Positions 50,190 to 58,438 of a stretch of DNA of 64,000 nucleotides are shown here, piece after piece. A program made the translations under genes and the position numbers. Below the pieces are notes generated by a model. It did not search any database, had not been told where the DNA came from, and was given only the letters and a program-made list of their open reading frames with translations. The first letter of the stretch is position 1; each line of letters opens with the position of its first letter. Source of the stretch: an uncultured Bacteroidales bacterium (GTDB taxonomy: Bacteria > Bacteroidota > Bacteroidia > Bacteroidales > Paludibacteraceae); NCBI GenBank assembly GCA_902762355.1, contig CACWNR010000009.1:290-64289 (forward strand), given 5' to 3'.

Positions 50190-50730
50190 CATAGTATTGT
50201 TGCTGGCGGTACTGGTGCTGGTGGGCTGCGGAACAAAAAAGAAAATCACCAATCACCAATCACCAATCACCGATCAGGCTCCTGCCTGGCACACCTGCCT
50301 GATACAAGGAGCGAACGCGACCGTGAGCACAAATGAAGACCGTCTCAGCGCGAGTGTGACCATGCAGACCGTGCGGGACTCGATGCTCGTCATCAGCGTG
50401 ATGCCGTTGCTGGGCATGGAGATGATGAGGTTGGAGGCGACACCCACAGAGTTGATCGCGATCGATAAAATCCACGGCCGCTATGCCAAAGCAACGTTCG
50501 CGGACTTGAACCGTCGACTGACGCCGAGTCTTAACTGGGACATCCTGCAGCAACTATGCGCTGCGGAGTTACCCACGGGCAGCGAACGGGCGCGCCTATT
50601 ATACGCGTTCGGCAACGAGACCATCGAACTCGTGATCGACTACCCGCCACGCAGATTAGACGTACCGGTGCGCGTAAAGAACCAACCGCTCAAGAATTAC
50701 ACAGAAGTAGATATCAGTAAATGGCTATGA
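50173..50730 (+). CDS. DUF4292-like (LolB-like) lipoprotein
   Basis: Lipobox LVGCG; beta-rich body. Confidence 0.55.
   Translation: MKRLNNIVLLLAVLVLVGCGTKKKITNHQSPITDQAPAWHTCLIQGANATVSTNEDRLSASVTMQTVRDSMLVISVMPLLGMEMMRLEATPTELIAIDKIHGRYAKATFADLNRRLTPSLNWDILQQLCAAELPTGSERARLLYAFGNETIELVIDYPPRRLDVPVRVKNQPLKNYTEVDISKWL
50244..50271. repeat. perfect tandem array, 7-mer AATCACC x4, inside a CDS
   Basis: aatcacc x4 exact, directly after the lipobox codons. Encodes ITNHQSPIT. Confidence 0.9.
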
Positions 50731-51935
50731 TAAAGGTGAAAGGTGAAAGGATAAAGGTGAAAGGAGAAAGACTGCTCGTCTTTCTTATAGCCATGCTCCT
50801 CTGTCTCCCTGCCTTCGGCGAGAGTGTGAAGGACTTGCAGAAGAAGCAGAAAAAACTGCAGCAGGAGATCGAGCAAACGAACAAGATGCTCAAGCAGACG
50901 AAGAAAGACGAGAAGGCGACGCTCAATAAGTTGAATCTGATCGGTCAGAACATCAAGAATCAGAAACAACTCATTCGCACGCTGGACAACGAGATCACGG
51001 CACTCAACCGCGAGATGACGCAGTTGAGTAACACGCGTGACTCGTTACAGGTCGTGCTGGAGCGCTATAAAGCGGACTACGCTCAGATGGTTCGTCAGAG
51101 CCATTACGCCCGAATGCAACAATCGCCGTTATTGTTCCTGTTGAGCAGCGACAGTTTTCAGCAACTTGCCCGCCGTGCGCGGTACTTACAGGAGTTCGCA
51201 CATTTCCGTCAACAACAAGTGCGTCGTATAGAGAACACCCAGGCGGAGATCGACATACAGAACGATTTGTTGCAAGCCAATAAGGCTGACAAACAGACGG
51301 CTTTGAGTACGCGCAAACGTGAGCAGGAGAACCTCAAACGCGATGAGCGGAAGCAGCAGAACATGCTCAACCAACTCAAGTCCAAAGAGAAAGACCTGAG
51401 CAAGCAACTCAAGCAGAAACAGAAGAAAGTGGATGAACTGAACCGCAAGATCGATGAGATGGTTCGTAAGCAGACCGAGAAAGCGTCCAAGACCACGCTC
51501 ACCAAAGAGCAACAACTGATTGCCGGCGGATTCGAGGCCAACAAAGGACGGTTGCCGTGGCCGGTGGAGAAAGGCATGATCAGCGGACATTTCGGCAAGC
51601 AACAACACCCCGTTTATTCGCAAGTCGTGACGGACAACAAAGGTATCTACCTGCAGACTGTCGCCAATGCCAAGGCGCGTGCTGTCTATAAAGGCGAGGT
51701 GACAAGTTGTTTCATGGTGGCCGGCACGTACGCCGTAATCATCCAACACGGTAATTACCGTACCGTCTATTCGAACCTCAGCAAACTGAGTGTCAAGCAA
51801 GGCGACAAAGTAGAGACCAAACAAACCATCGGAACGATCTACACCGACGCCGAACAAGATCAGAAAACGGAACTCTATTTCCAAATATATCAAGACAGAA
51901 ACATTTTAAATCCTGAATTATGGATAGCAAAATAA
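50721..51935 (+). CDS. M23 peptidase-domain murein hydrolase activator (EnvC-like)
   Basis: Long coiled coil followed by a C-terminal M23/LytM domain (GIYLQT..VIIQHGNYRTVYSNL). Confidence 0.85.
   Translation: MAMIKVKGERIKVKGERLLVFLIAMLLCLPAFGESVKDLQKKQKKLQQEIEQTNKMLKQTKKDEKATLNKLNLIGQNIKNQKQLIRTLDNEITALNREMTQLSNTRDSLQVVLERYKADYAQMVRQSHYARMQQSPLLFLLSSDSFQQLARRARYLQEFAHFRQQQVRRIENTQAEIDIQNDLLQANKADKQTALSTRKREQENLKRDERKQQNMLNQLKSKEKDLSKQLKQKQKKVDELNRKIDEMVRKQTEKASKTTLTKEQQLIAGGFEANKGRLPWPVEKGMISGHFGKQQHPVYSQVVTDNKGIYLQTVANAKARAVYKGEVTSCFMVAGTYAVIIQHGNYRTVYSNLSKLSVKQGDKVETKQTIGTIYTDAEQDQKTELYFQIYQDRNILNPELWIAK
50732..50770. repeat. tandem array, 7-mer AAAGGTG x5
   Basis: aaaggtg aaaggtg aaaggat aaaggtg aaaggag at the stop/start junction. 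Encodes IKVKGERIKVKGER. Confidence 0.9.
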
Positions 51936-52486
51936 TCATACAGCGAAGCGGTCTTACAGCAAAGCGGTCTTACAGGCGATTCATCGCCGGTCTTACAGTG
52001 CTAACGGTCATAGCGCTATGCGCTACATCCTGCAAGAAGAACAACTGGACGGAATGGAAGGTGCAGAACGAGTTATGGTTGGAGCAGAAAGCGCAGGAAG
52101 CGGGCGTGGTCAAGACGAGCAGCGGTTTGCTCTATAAGATCATCGCCGACCCTACGCCCAATGACGCGCAGCCGAACTACAACAGTTATGTCACCTGCGA
52201 TTATTCGGTCAAACTGATTAACGGATACCAGGTGGATGGCGGTACTCATATATCGTTCTCTCTAACTAACACCATCCCGGGCTTTAGCGAAGGATGCCAT
52301 AAGATCCATAACAACGGCGATATAGAACTCTATATCCCGGCGTACCTGAGCTACGACTACACGAAATATCAATCCGACGAATACGATGAGGCGGAAGGAA
52401 CCGGTACCGAAGGTACATCCAGTTATATACCGCCCTACTCGACCCTCATCTATACGATCCATCTATGCGGCGTTTCGGGCAATTAA
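51920..52486 (+). CDS. FKBP-type peptidyl-prolyl isomerase lipoprotein
   Basis: Lipobox ALCATSC, FKBP core (VTCDYSVKLINGYQVDG..IPGFSEG). Confidence 0.8.
   Translation: MDSKIIIQRSGLTAKRSYRRFIAGLTVLTVIALCATSCKKNNWTEWKVQNELWLEQKAQEAGVVKTSSGLLYKIIADPTPNDAQPNYNSYVTCDYSVKLINGYQVDGGTHISFSLTNTIPGFSEGCHKIHNNGDIELYIPAYLSYDYTKYQSDEYDEAEGTGTEGTSSYIPPYSTLIYTIHLCGVSGN
51940..52035 (+). repeat. copy 1 of the 96-bp lipoprotein signal-peptide module
   Basis: About 88 percent identical by eye to 58444-58540. Contains an internal 16-mer AGCNAAGCGGTCTTAC x2. Confidence 0.85.
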
Positions 52487-52488
52487 AG

Positions 52489-52983
52489 ATGAAAGGTTAT
52501 AGGTTAAAGGTTATAGGGGTTTGCCTTATGGCACTTATCCTCGCTTCCTGTGAAGACACCACGTTCCGTTCGAGTGTGCCTACCTACCCCGTGAATGTGG
52601 TGATCAACATGGATCTGGGGTCGTTTGTACATTTCCAAAATCAGGTGCAAGGCGAGCATATAGACGTGCTGCCAGACGGTTTTTATTACAATGACGAGTG
52701 GGTTCTTCCGCTCGGCACCAATGCCTGCGGGTACGGCGGCGTATTGGTATACGTGAGCGTGAACGGCTACGATGCCTATGACTTGGCTTGTCCTTATTGC
52801 GCGAGCAAAGGACACTGCTCCACCTGCATAATAGACGGCATGTTCGCTAAATGTACGGAGTGTGGCGAGGAGTACGACGTGGCGTCCGGAACCGCTGCAC
52901 CGCAGAATGGACTCATTCGTGAGACCCTCCGACGACTCAAAGTGATCCGTTCGGGTAACACACTAACCATCACACACCTATGA
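52489..52983 (+). CDS. Cys-rich lipoprotein (CxxC..CxxC, Rieske-like feel)
   Basis: Lipobox LILASC; CPYC and CTEC pairs. Confidence 0.5.
   Translation: MKGYRLKVIGVCLMALILASCEDTTFRSSVPTYPVNVVINMDLGSFVHFQNQVQGEHIDVLPDGFYYNDEWVLPLGTNACGYGGVLVYVSVNGYDAYDLACPYCASKGHCSTCIIDGMFAKCTECGEEYDVASGTAAPQNGLIRETLRRLKVIRSGNTLTITHL
52493..52520. repeat. tandem array, 7-mer WAGGTTA x4
   Basis: aaggtta taggtta aaggtta taggggt just after the ATG at 52489. Confidence 0.85.
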
Positions 52984-53366
52984 TAACAGCACAAGACCTC
53001 ATATCCATCGGAGTCCTCAAACGGACGCACTACAAAGACCTGCCGGAATTTGTTTTCGTACAGCGCGACGGTTTGTTCGTGCCCTTCCGCTCGGAGAACA
53101 TCGCCGACATCAAGGGCGAAGAAGGGTTTGTGTTACGAAGCGAGATACAGACGAACGAAGACGAGATGGCATGGGTGGATTTTGAAGGATGGACGCTGCA
53201 GGAAGGTGATCAGACGATAGGCAAGATCGTGCGCGTAGATGACAGCACGATGAATATTTTCGCAGAACTCGAAGACGGACGAATGATACCGTTGCACGAA
53301 GATTTCATTACCGAGATAGACGAAGATGCCAAGATTCTTCGCGTCCATTTACCGTTTGCGCTATGA
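52980..53366 (+). CDS. RimM-like PRC-barrel protein
   Basis: IGVLKRTH.. N-terminus and C-terminal G.IV.VDD....F.E...G..IPLHEDFI.EID...K.L.V.LP pattern. Short and divergent. Confidence 0.4.
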   Translation: MITAQDLISIGVLKRTHYKDLPEFVFVQRDGLFVPFRSENIADIKGEEGFVLRSEIQTNEDEMAWVDFEGWTLQEGDQTIGKIVRVDDSTMNIFAELEDGRMIPLHEDFITEIDEDAKILRVHLPFAL

Positions 53367-53926
53367 GTAAAAAACTGACCACAGCCGAGATGGGTCGCAT
53401 GAACGTGGACCAATACCGCGAGGCGGACAAACTGCCGCTGGTCGTGGTGCTCGATAACGTGCGCAGTCAGCATAACGTGGGTGCGGTCTTTCGCACCGCC
53501 GACGCCATGCGCATAGAACGCGTGGTGCTCTGCGGTATCTGTTGCTGCCCACCGAATCAGGAGATTCACAAGACCGCCCTCGGCGCCGAAGAATCCGTCG
53601 AATGGCAGTATTACAAAGAGACGCTCGATGCCGTCAAAGACCTACAGGCACAAGGTTATACCGTTTATGCCGTTGAGCAGGCCCATGACTCGATCACACT
53701 CGAAGAGGCGGCGGAACAAATGGTAAATGGTAAATGGTCAAATGGTAAATTGGCTGTGATACTCGGACACGAAGTGTTTGGAGTACAACAGGCCGTTGTA
53801 GATAACTGCAGTCAATGCATAGAGATACCCCAATACGGAACGAAGCACTCAATGAACGTGTCGGTAACGGCAGGCATTGTGATGTACCGCTTAGCCTCCT
53901 CGCTCCGGCTCGCGACAAAGAAGTAG
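53363..53926 (+). CDS. TrmH/SpoU-family RNA 2'-O-methyltransferase
   Basis: LDNVRSQHNVGAVFRTADA, ILGHEVFGV, SMNVSVTAGIVMY motifs. Confidence 0.85.
   Translation: MSKKLTTAEMGRMNVDQYREADKLPLVVVLDNVRSQHNVGAVFRTADAMRIERVVLCGICCCPPNQEIHKTALGAEESVEWQYYKETLDAVKDLQAQGYTVYAVEQAHDSITLEEAAEQMVNGKWSNGKLAVILGHEVFGVQQAVVDNCSQCIEIPQYGTKHSMNVSVTAGIVMYRLASSLRLATKK
53718..53753. repeat. tandem array, 7-mer AAATGGT x5, in-frame 36-nt block inside the TrmH-family methyltransferase gene
   Basis: aaatggt aaatggt aaatggt caaatggt aaattgg, encoding QMVNGKWSNGKL. Confidence 0.9.
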
Positions 53927-54681
53927 CCGTTGCGGCGATACAGGCCGGTGCGGACGCCATCTATATCGGTGCACCTGCTTACGGTGCGCGACAGGCGGCC
54001 GGCAACTCGCTGGAGGACTTGGCAGAAGTGGTTCGCTATGCTCACACCTACGGTGTACAGGTACTTGTCACACTCAACACCCTACTCCATGATGAGGAGT
54101 ACGCAGACGCGGTCGCGCTCGCGCACGCGTTATATAAAATAGGTGTCGATGCCCTTATCATTCAGGATCTGCACCTGCTCGATTGCGATCTTCCGCCTAT
54201 CCGTTTGCACGCTTCCACGCAATGCGACAACCGTACACCCGAACACGTAGCCCACCTGCTGGACTTGGGTTTCAAACGGGTCGTACTGGCACGCGAACTC
54301 AGTATTGACGAGATACGCGCTATCCATGAAGCCGTGCCCGATATCGAATTGGAGGCCTTCGTGCATGGCGCTTTGTGTGTTTCGTACTCGGGGCGGTGCT
54401 ATATATCCGAAGTACTCGCTAACCGCAGTGCCAACCGTGGGGCGTGTGCGCAGTTCTGCCGCATGGCGTACGATGTGTTGGACGAATCGATGAATGAGGT
54501 GTTGAACGATGCCGGTCAACCGATTCATCAGCAGCACGTGCTGTCCCTACAAGACCTGGATCGCTCGGCTTATCTGAACGAACTCATCGATGCCGGTGTG
54601 ACGACCTTCAAGATCGAAGGCCGCCTCAAAGATGCCGATTACGTGACCAATATCACAGCTTACTATCGCGAGAAATTGGAT

Positions 54682-54714
54682 TCCATCATCCCATCATTCC
54701 ACCATTCCATCATT
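54682..54714. repeat. tandem array, 8-mer CCATCATT x4 inside the U32 gene
   Basis: tccatcat cccatcat tccaccat tccatcat, encoding SIIPSFHHSII. Confidence 0.85.
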
Positions 54715-55123
54715 CGTTCCTTTGTTCCCGATCCGTCCAAGACGTTTCACCGTGGAGCCACCGATTATTTCCTTCATGGCCGCACACGTCCTATGGCCAA
54801 CTGGAACACCCCCAAATCAACCGGTGAGTACGTAGGTGAGGTACTTGAAGCCCGCGGAAACACCTTGCGCGTTCGCCTCAAAGAAGGCGTTGTGCTCCAT
54901 AACGGAGACGGTCTCACGATAGGCAGTGAAGGCTTCTCGGTCAACGGTGTGGAAGGAAATATCATCAAGATCAATAAAACTATCACCAATAACCCATCAC
55001 CGATAATCTTTGCCCCGCTATACCGCAATCTCGACACCGAGTTTACGAAGAATCTGCATAGCGAGCGGCGTATTCCCGTCGATATCGTCTTCCGCGAGAC
55101 CAAAGAAGGATTTGAGTTGGCTT

Positions 55124-55158
55124 ATCATTCTATCATCTCATCATTCCATCATTCATTC
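55124..55158. repeat. tandem array, 8-mer ATCATTCN x4 inside the U32 gene
   Basis: atcattct atcatctc atcattcc atcattca, encoding HSIISSFHHSF. Confidence 0.85.
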
Positions 55159-55489
55159 TCATATCCGCACGAACCGGCGAAGAATGAAGCGAAAGCACTC
55201 GATACGATCCGCACGCAGTTATCCAAATTGGGTGACACACCGTACATCGCCCGTGAGATAACGCTTGATACCAAGCCCTATTTCATACCCATTAGCATTT
55301 TGAACGAATGGAGACGCAATACGATCATCTGATGACTTGCCGCTACTGCCTGCTGTTCGAACTCGGGCACTGTAGAAAAACGGCTCCTTATCCGAGAGAT
55401 AAGGAACCGCGTTACTTGCGTCTGCGCACCGGTAAGATCTTGCGTCTTACCTTCGATTGCAAAAACTGTCAGATGTTAGTGGACGAAGC

Positions 55490-56359
55490 TTAACCCTTCA
55501 CCGCCTTAAAACTCATATCGAGGCTCTTGTAGCTGTGGGTCAACGCACCTACGGACACAAAGTCCACGCCCTGAATCGCGTAGTCACGGAGCGTATCAAT
55601 CGTGATGCCACCACTCGACTCAATCTCCATATGACGACCGGCTTTCTTCTCCCACGCACGGATCAGATCCACCGCCTCTTTCGTCTTCGCAGGCGTGAAA
55701 TTATCGAGCATGATACGATCCGGGATATTGGTTGCCAAGGCCTCGTTGATCTCATCGAAATTACGCACCTCGATCTCAATCTTGAGGTTCTTTCCCTTCT
55801 CCTTACAATAATCACGTGCTCGCGTAAGGGCGTTCGTGATACCGCCTGCGAAGTCCACGTGGTTGTCCTTCAGCAGAATCATATCGAAGAGGCCGATACG
55901 GTGGTTCATGCCGCCGCCTAAAGCTACCGCTTCTTTCTCCAGATAACGGAGTCCCGGTGTGGTCTTACGGGTATCCAGCACATGACAACCCGTGTCCTCA
56001 ATCAGACTCTGGTACTTATGTGCCGTGGTCGCTACTCCCGACATTCGTTGCATGATATTGAGCATCGTGCGCTCGATCTGCAGAAGACTCAACTCCTTGC
56101 CATAGACCTTAAACGCCACATCGCCCGGTTTAACATGATCGCCATCGTGCAAAAACTGCTCAAAGCGGCACTCGGGATCGAAATAATTGATGATCTCCTT
56201 CGCCACCTCAACGCCGGCGAGCACACCCGTGTCCTTGATAATGAGTTGCTGGCAACCCATCTGAGTCGGCGGAATACAACTGAGCGAGGTGTGGTCACCA
56301 TCGCGGATATCCTCTTCAAACCAAATAGCAATAAGCTTACGAAGTTCTTGTTTTTCCAT
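55490..56359 (-). CDS. nadC: nicotinate-nucleotide diphosphorylase (carboxylating)
   Basis: QPRTase motifs (DTRKTTPGLR, MILLKDNH, LDN). ATG at 56359. Confidence 0.93.
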   Translation of the reverse strand: MEKQELRKLIAIWFEEDIRDGDHTSLSCIPPTQMGCQQLIIKDTGVLAGVEVAKEIINYFDPECRFEQFLHDGDHVKPGDVAFKVYGKELSLLQIERTMLNIMQRMSGVATTAHKYQSLIEDTGCHVLDTRKTTPGLRYLEKEAVALGGGMNHRIGLFDMILLKDNHVDFAGGITNALTRARDYCKEKGKNLKIEIEVRNFDEINEALATNIPDRIMLDNFTPAKTKEAVDLIRAWEKKAGRHMEIESSGGITIDTLRDYAIQGVDFVSVGALTHSYKSLDMSFKAVKG

Positions 56360-56379
56360 AATTTTCACGATTTACGGCA

Positions 56380-56387
56380 CAAAATTA
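56380..56387 (-). promoter_or_regulatory. -7 box TAATTTTG for nadC
   Basis: Minus-strand GTAATTTTGTGCCG about 21 nt upstream of the ATG. Confidence 0.5.
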
Positions 56388-56419
56388 CACTTTTTTTTGC
56401 ATATATACAAATTTTTTAC

Positions 56420-56427
56420 TAAATTTG
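56420..56427 (+). promoter_or_regulatory. -7 box TAAATTTG
   Basis: TAAATTTGCAGCG about 11 nt upstream of the ATG at 56438. Confidence 0.5.
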
Positions 56428-56437
56428 CAGCGTGAAA

Positions 56438-57088
56438 ATGAAATTTTACATATTCATTCTCCTTTGCGGCATAGCCACCTCGGCTTTTGCAGAGGACAAA
56501 ATGGCTTACCTCGACCGCCGAAATGAAATCCGTATCGGCTGGGGCGACCAGCTCTTCGAGACGCTGATGTGGCATAAGCCATTATCGGTTGTACAAACGA
56601 TGCCCGCCACCTATGAGCAGGTCTATCACGAGAACTTCAAGTACTACCAGCATCTCTGGATCGAGTACCAATGGCGCTTCAACCACTGGTTCTCTCTGGG
56701 CGGTATGCTCGACGGTAGCGGCGTGAGTTGGGATAACGTGACCCGCAACGGCAAAGGACAAGAAGTTGCGAGACAAGGCGGAGAACATTTCTACAACCTC
56801 GTGATCATGCCGACCGTCCGCTTCACGTACTACCACCATGAGTACGTCAATCTCTTTTCCGGACTCGGTTTCGGTATGGATATCAACGGCGGAACGGAGA
56901 CGAACGCCAAGGGATGGCACACGGACGTAGGAGCGGCGGTTAACATCACCGTCTTCGGCGTCAGCGCTAACTACGACCGCTGGTTCGCCACAGTGGAGTT
57001 CGGTGGCTTATATGCCCTCAAGAATGCCAATACCATCTTCATGGCCAGTTCACGAATAATCAATGTCAGTATAGGTGCGCGGTTCTAA
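56438..57088 (+). CDS. small outer membrane beta-barrel protein
   Basis: Signal peptide, terminal ..SIGARF. Confidence 0.6.
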   Translation: MKFYIFILLCGIATSAFAEDKMAYLDRRNEIRIGWGDQLFETLMWHKPLSVVQTMPATYEQVYHENFKYYQHLWIEYQWRFNHWFSLGGMLDGSGVSWDNVTRNGKGQEVARQGGEHFYNLVIMPTVRFTYYHHEYVNLFSGLGFGMDINGGTETNAKGWHTDVGAAVNITVFGVSANYDRWFATVEFGGLYALKNANTIFMASSRIINVSIGARF

Positions 57089-58438
57089 ATGAAATCATAC
57101 ATTATACATCATACATCATACATCGTGCTATTGTTTACAATAGCACTCTCTTCTTGCCACTTCCGCGAGCAGGAGTTCGTGGACTTCGCCAATATCGAGG
57201 CGGCAAAGGGTTTATCCTTCAAGGTGATCGGGCAACATGAGACCAATCTTGAAGAAGGCCTGCCTACCAATTGTTACCTGCCCGACGGTAGCAGCGTGAA
57301 TGAGTGGTCGGAGGAGTCGGAAGAATCAACCGAATCCGCTAGCCCGGCTATCCGTAAGACCAGTAGTGTCACCGGTACAGCCATCGTGCAGGAGTTGCTT
57401 CGGTACGGTAACCAGTGTCACGTCACGGAGATAGCGGGTACCTACCCCAGCATCGATCTGAACTGGGACACGGTCATCCTCTCCGGTAAGGTCATGCTCC
57501 CCCGCGGACAACGTCCCAAACGACTCATCCTCGTCAGTCACTATACCGTTTGCTCCAATGCCGAAGCACCCTCTAACTGCTTCTCGCTCGAGGGTATTCT
57601 CGTCAAGCAAGGCTACGGTCTGATCATCCCCGATTACATGGGCTACGGCGTCACGGCGAATGAAGTGCACCCGTACCTCGTCATGGATCTCACGGCGCGG
57701 AACGTACTCGACATGTACCTCGCTGTCAAACCCTGGCTCAAAGCGGTCGACATGGAACCCGAGCACGATGAACTCATCCTCATGGGATATAGCCAGGGCG
57801 GCGCGAACACGATGGCGGTTGAGCACCTCATCGAGACCGAATACTGGGCAGACGAAGACCCCGATCAGATCAAGATCCACCGTGTCTTTGCCGGAGGTGG
57901 TCCGTATGATGTGAAGGCGACCTACGAGCGTTTCGTCAATACCGATACCGCCAGCTATCCGGTCGCTGTACCACTCGTTGTACAAGGCATGATCAAGGGC
58001 AACAACCTCAATATCGACATGCGCGATCTGATGCAGGATTGGCTCTACGACCACCTCGATGATTGGATCAACTCCAAGAAATACACCTCCGGTCAGATCA
58101 ATAAACTCATCGGCACCAAAGTGACGCATGAACTGCTCACGCCCAAAGCGCTGGATCAGACCTCGTGGGAGGTGTCGGAACTCCAGAAAGCCATGGTCGC
58201 TAACTCCATCACGTCCTTCAACTGGCTTCCGGAAGCAGCCATTTATATGTGCCATTCCATCGACGATGAGACCGTTCCATTTGCCAATGCCTCCAATGCC
58301 AAGGCCAAATGGCACATGGCGAATATAACCTATAACTTCGGCCATTACGGCGGACATGTCATGACCTGTCTCCGCTTTATCGGTTCCGTCCAAGAACTCC
58401 TCAAGCAGGAAGAGGAAGAAAGGAAGCAATATGAGTAA
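57089..58438 (+). CDS. alpha/beta-hydrolase lipoprotein (lipase-like)
   Basis: Lipobox ALSSC, nucleophile elbow GYSQGG, later D and H candidates (SIDDETVPF, GGH). Confidence 0.7.
   Translation: MKSYIIHHTSYIVLLFTIALSSCHFREQEFVDFANIEAAKGLSFKVIGQHETNLEEGLPTNCYLPDGSSVNEWSEESEESTESASPAIRKTSSVTGTAIVQELLRYGNQCHVTEIAGTYPSIDLNWDTVILSGKVMLPRGQRPKRLILVSHYTVCSNAEAPSNCFSLEGILVKQGYGLIIPDYMGYGVTANEVHPYLVMDLTARNVLDMYLAVKPWLKAVDMEPEHDELILMGYSQGGANTMAVEHLIETEYWADEDPDQIKIHRVFAGGGPYDVKATYERFVNTDTASYPVAVPLVVQGMIKGNNLNIDMRDLMQDWLYDHLDDWINSKKYTSGQINKLIGTKVTHELLTPKALDQTSWEVSELQKAMVANSITSFNWLPEAAIYMCHSIDDETVPFANASNAKAKWHMANITYNFGHYGGHVMTCLRFIGSVQELLKQEEEERKQYE
57094..57128. repeat. tandem array, 7-mer ATCATAC x5
   Basis: atcatac attatac atcatac atcatac atcgtgc right after the ATG at 57089. 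Encodes SYIIHHTSYI. Confidence 0.9.

Larger units (their letters stand above)
53815..55493 (+). pseudogene. U32-family peptidase, apparently frameshifted near the 3' end
   Basis: LLAPARDKEVAVAAIQAGADAIYIG..GARQAAGNS is the U32 N-terminus. The 505-aa frame stops at 55332 and the conserved C-terminal module (LMTCRYCLLFELGHC..FDCKNCQM) continues in another frame at 55308..55493. The only in-frame start (53815) overlaps the upstream TrmH-family methyltransferase gene by 112 nt. Confidence 0.55.

Noticed and set aside
7696-57128. Whether the short tandem arrays could be CRISPR arrays
   Set aside because: The units are only 7-8 bp and contiguous with no spacers, and the total length is under 45 bp. 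No cas genes are present in the window.
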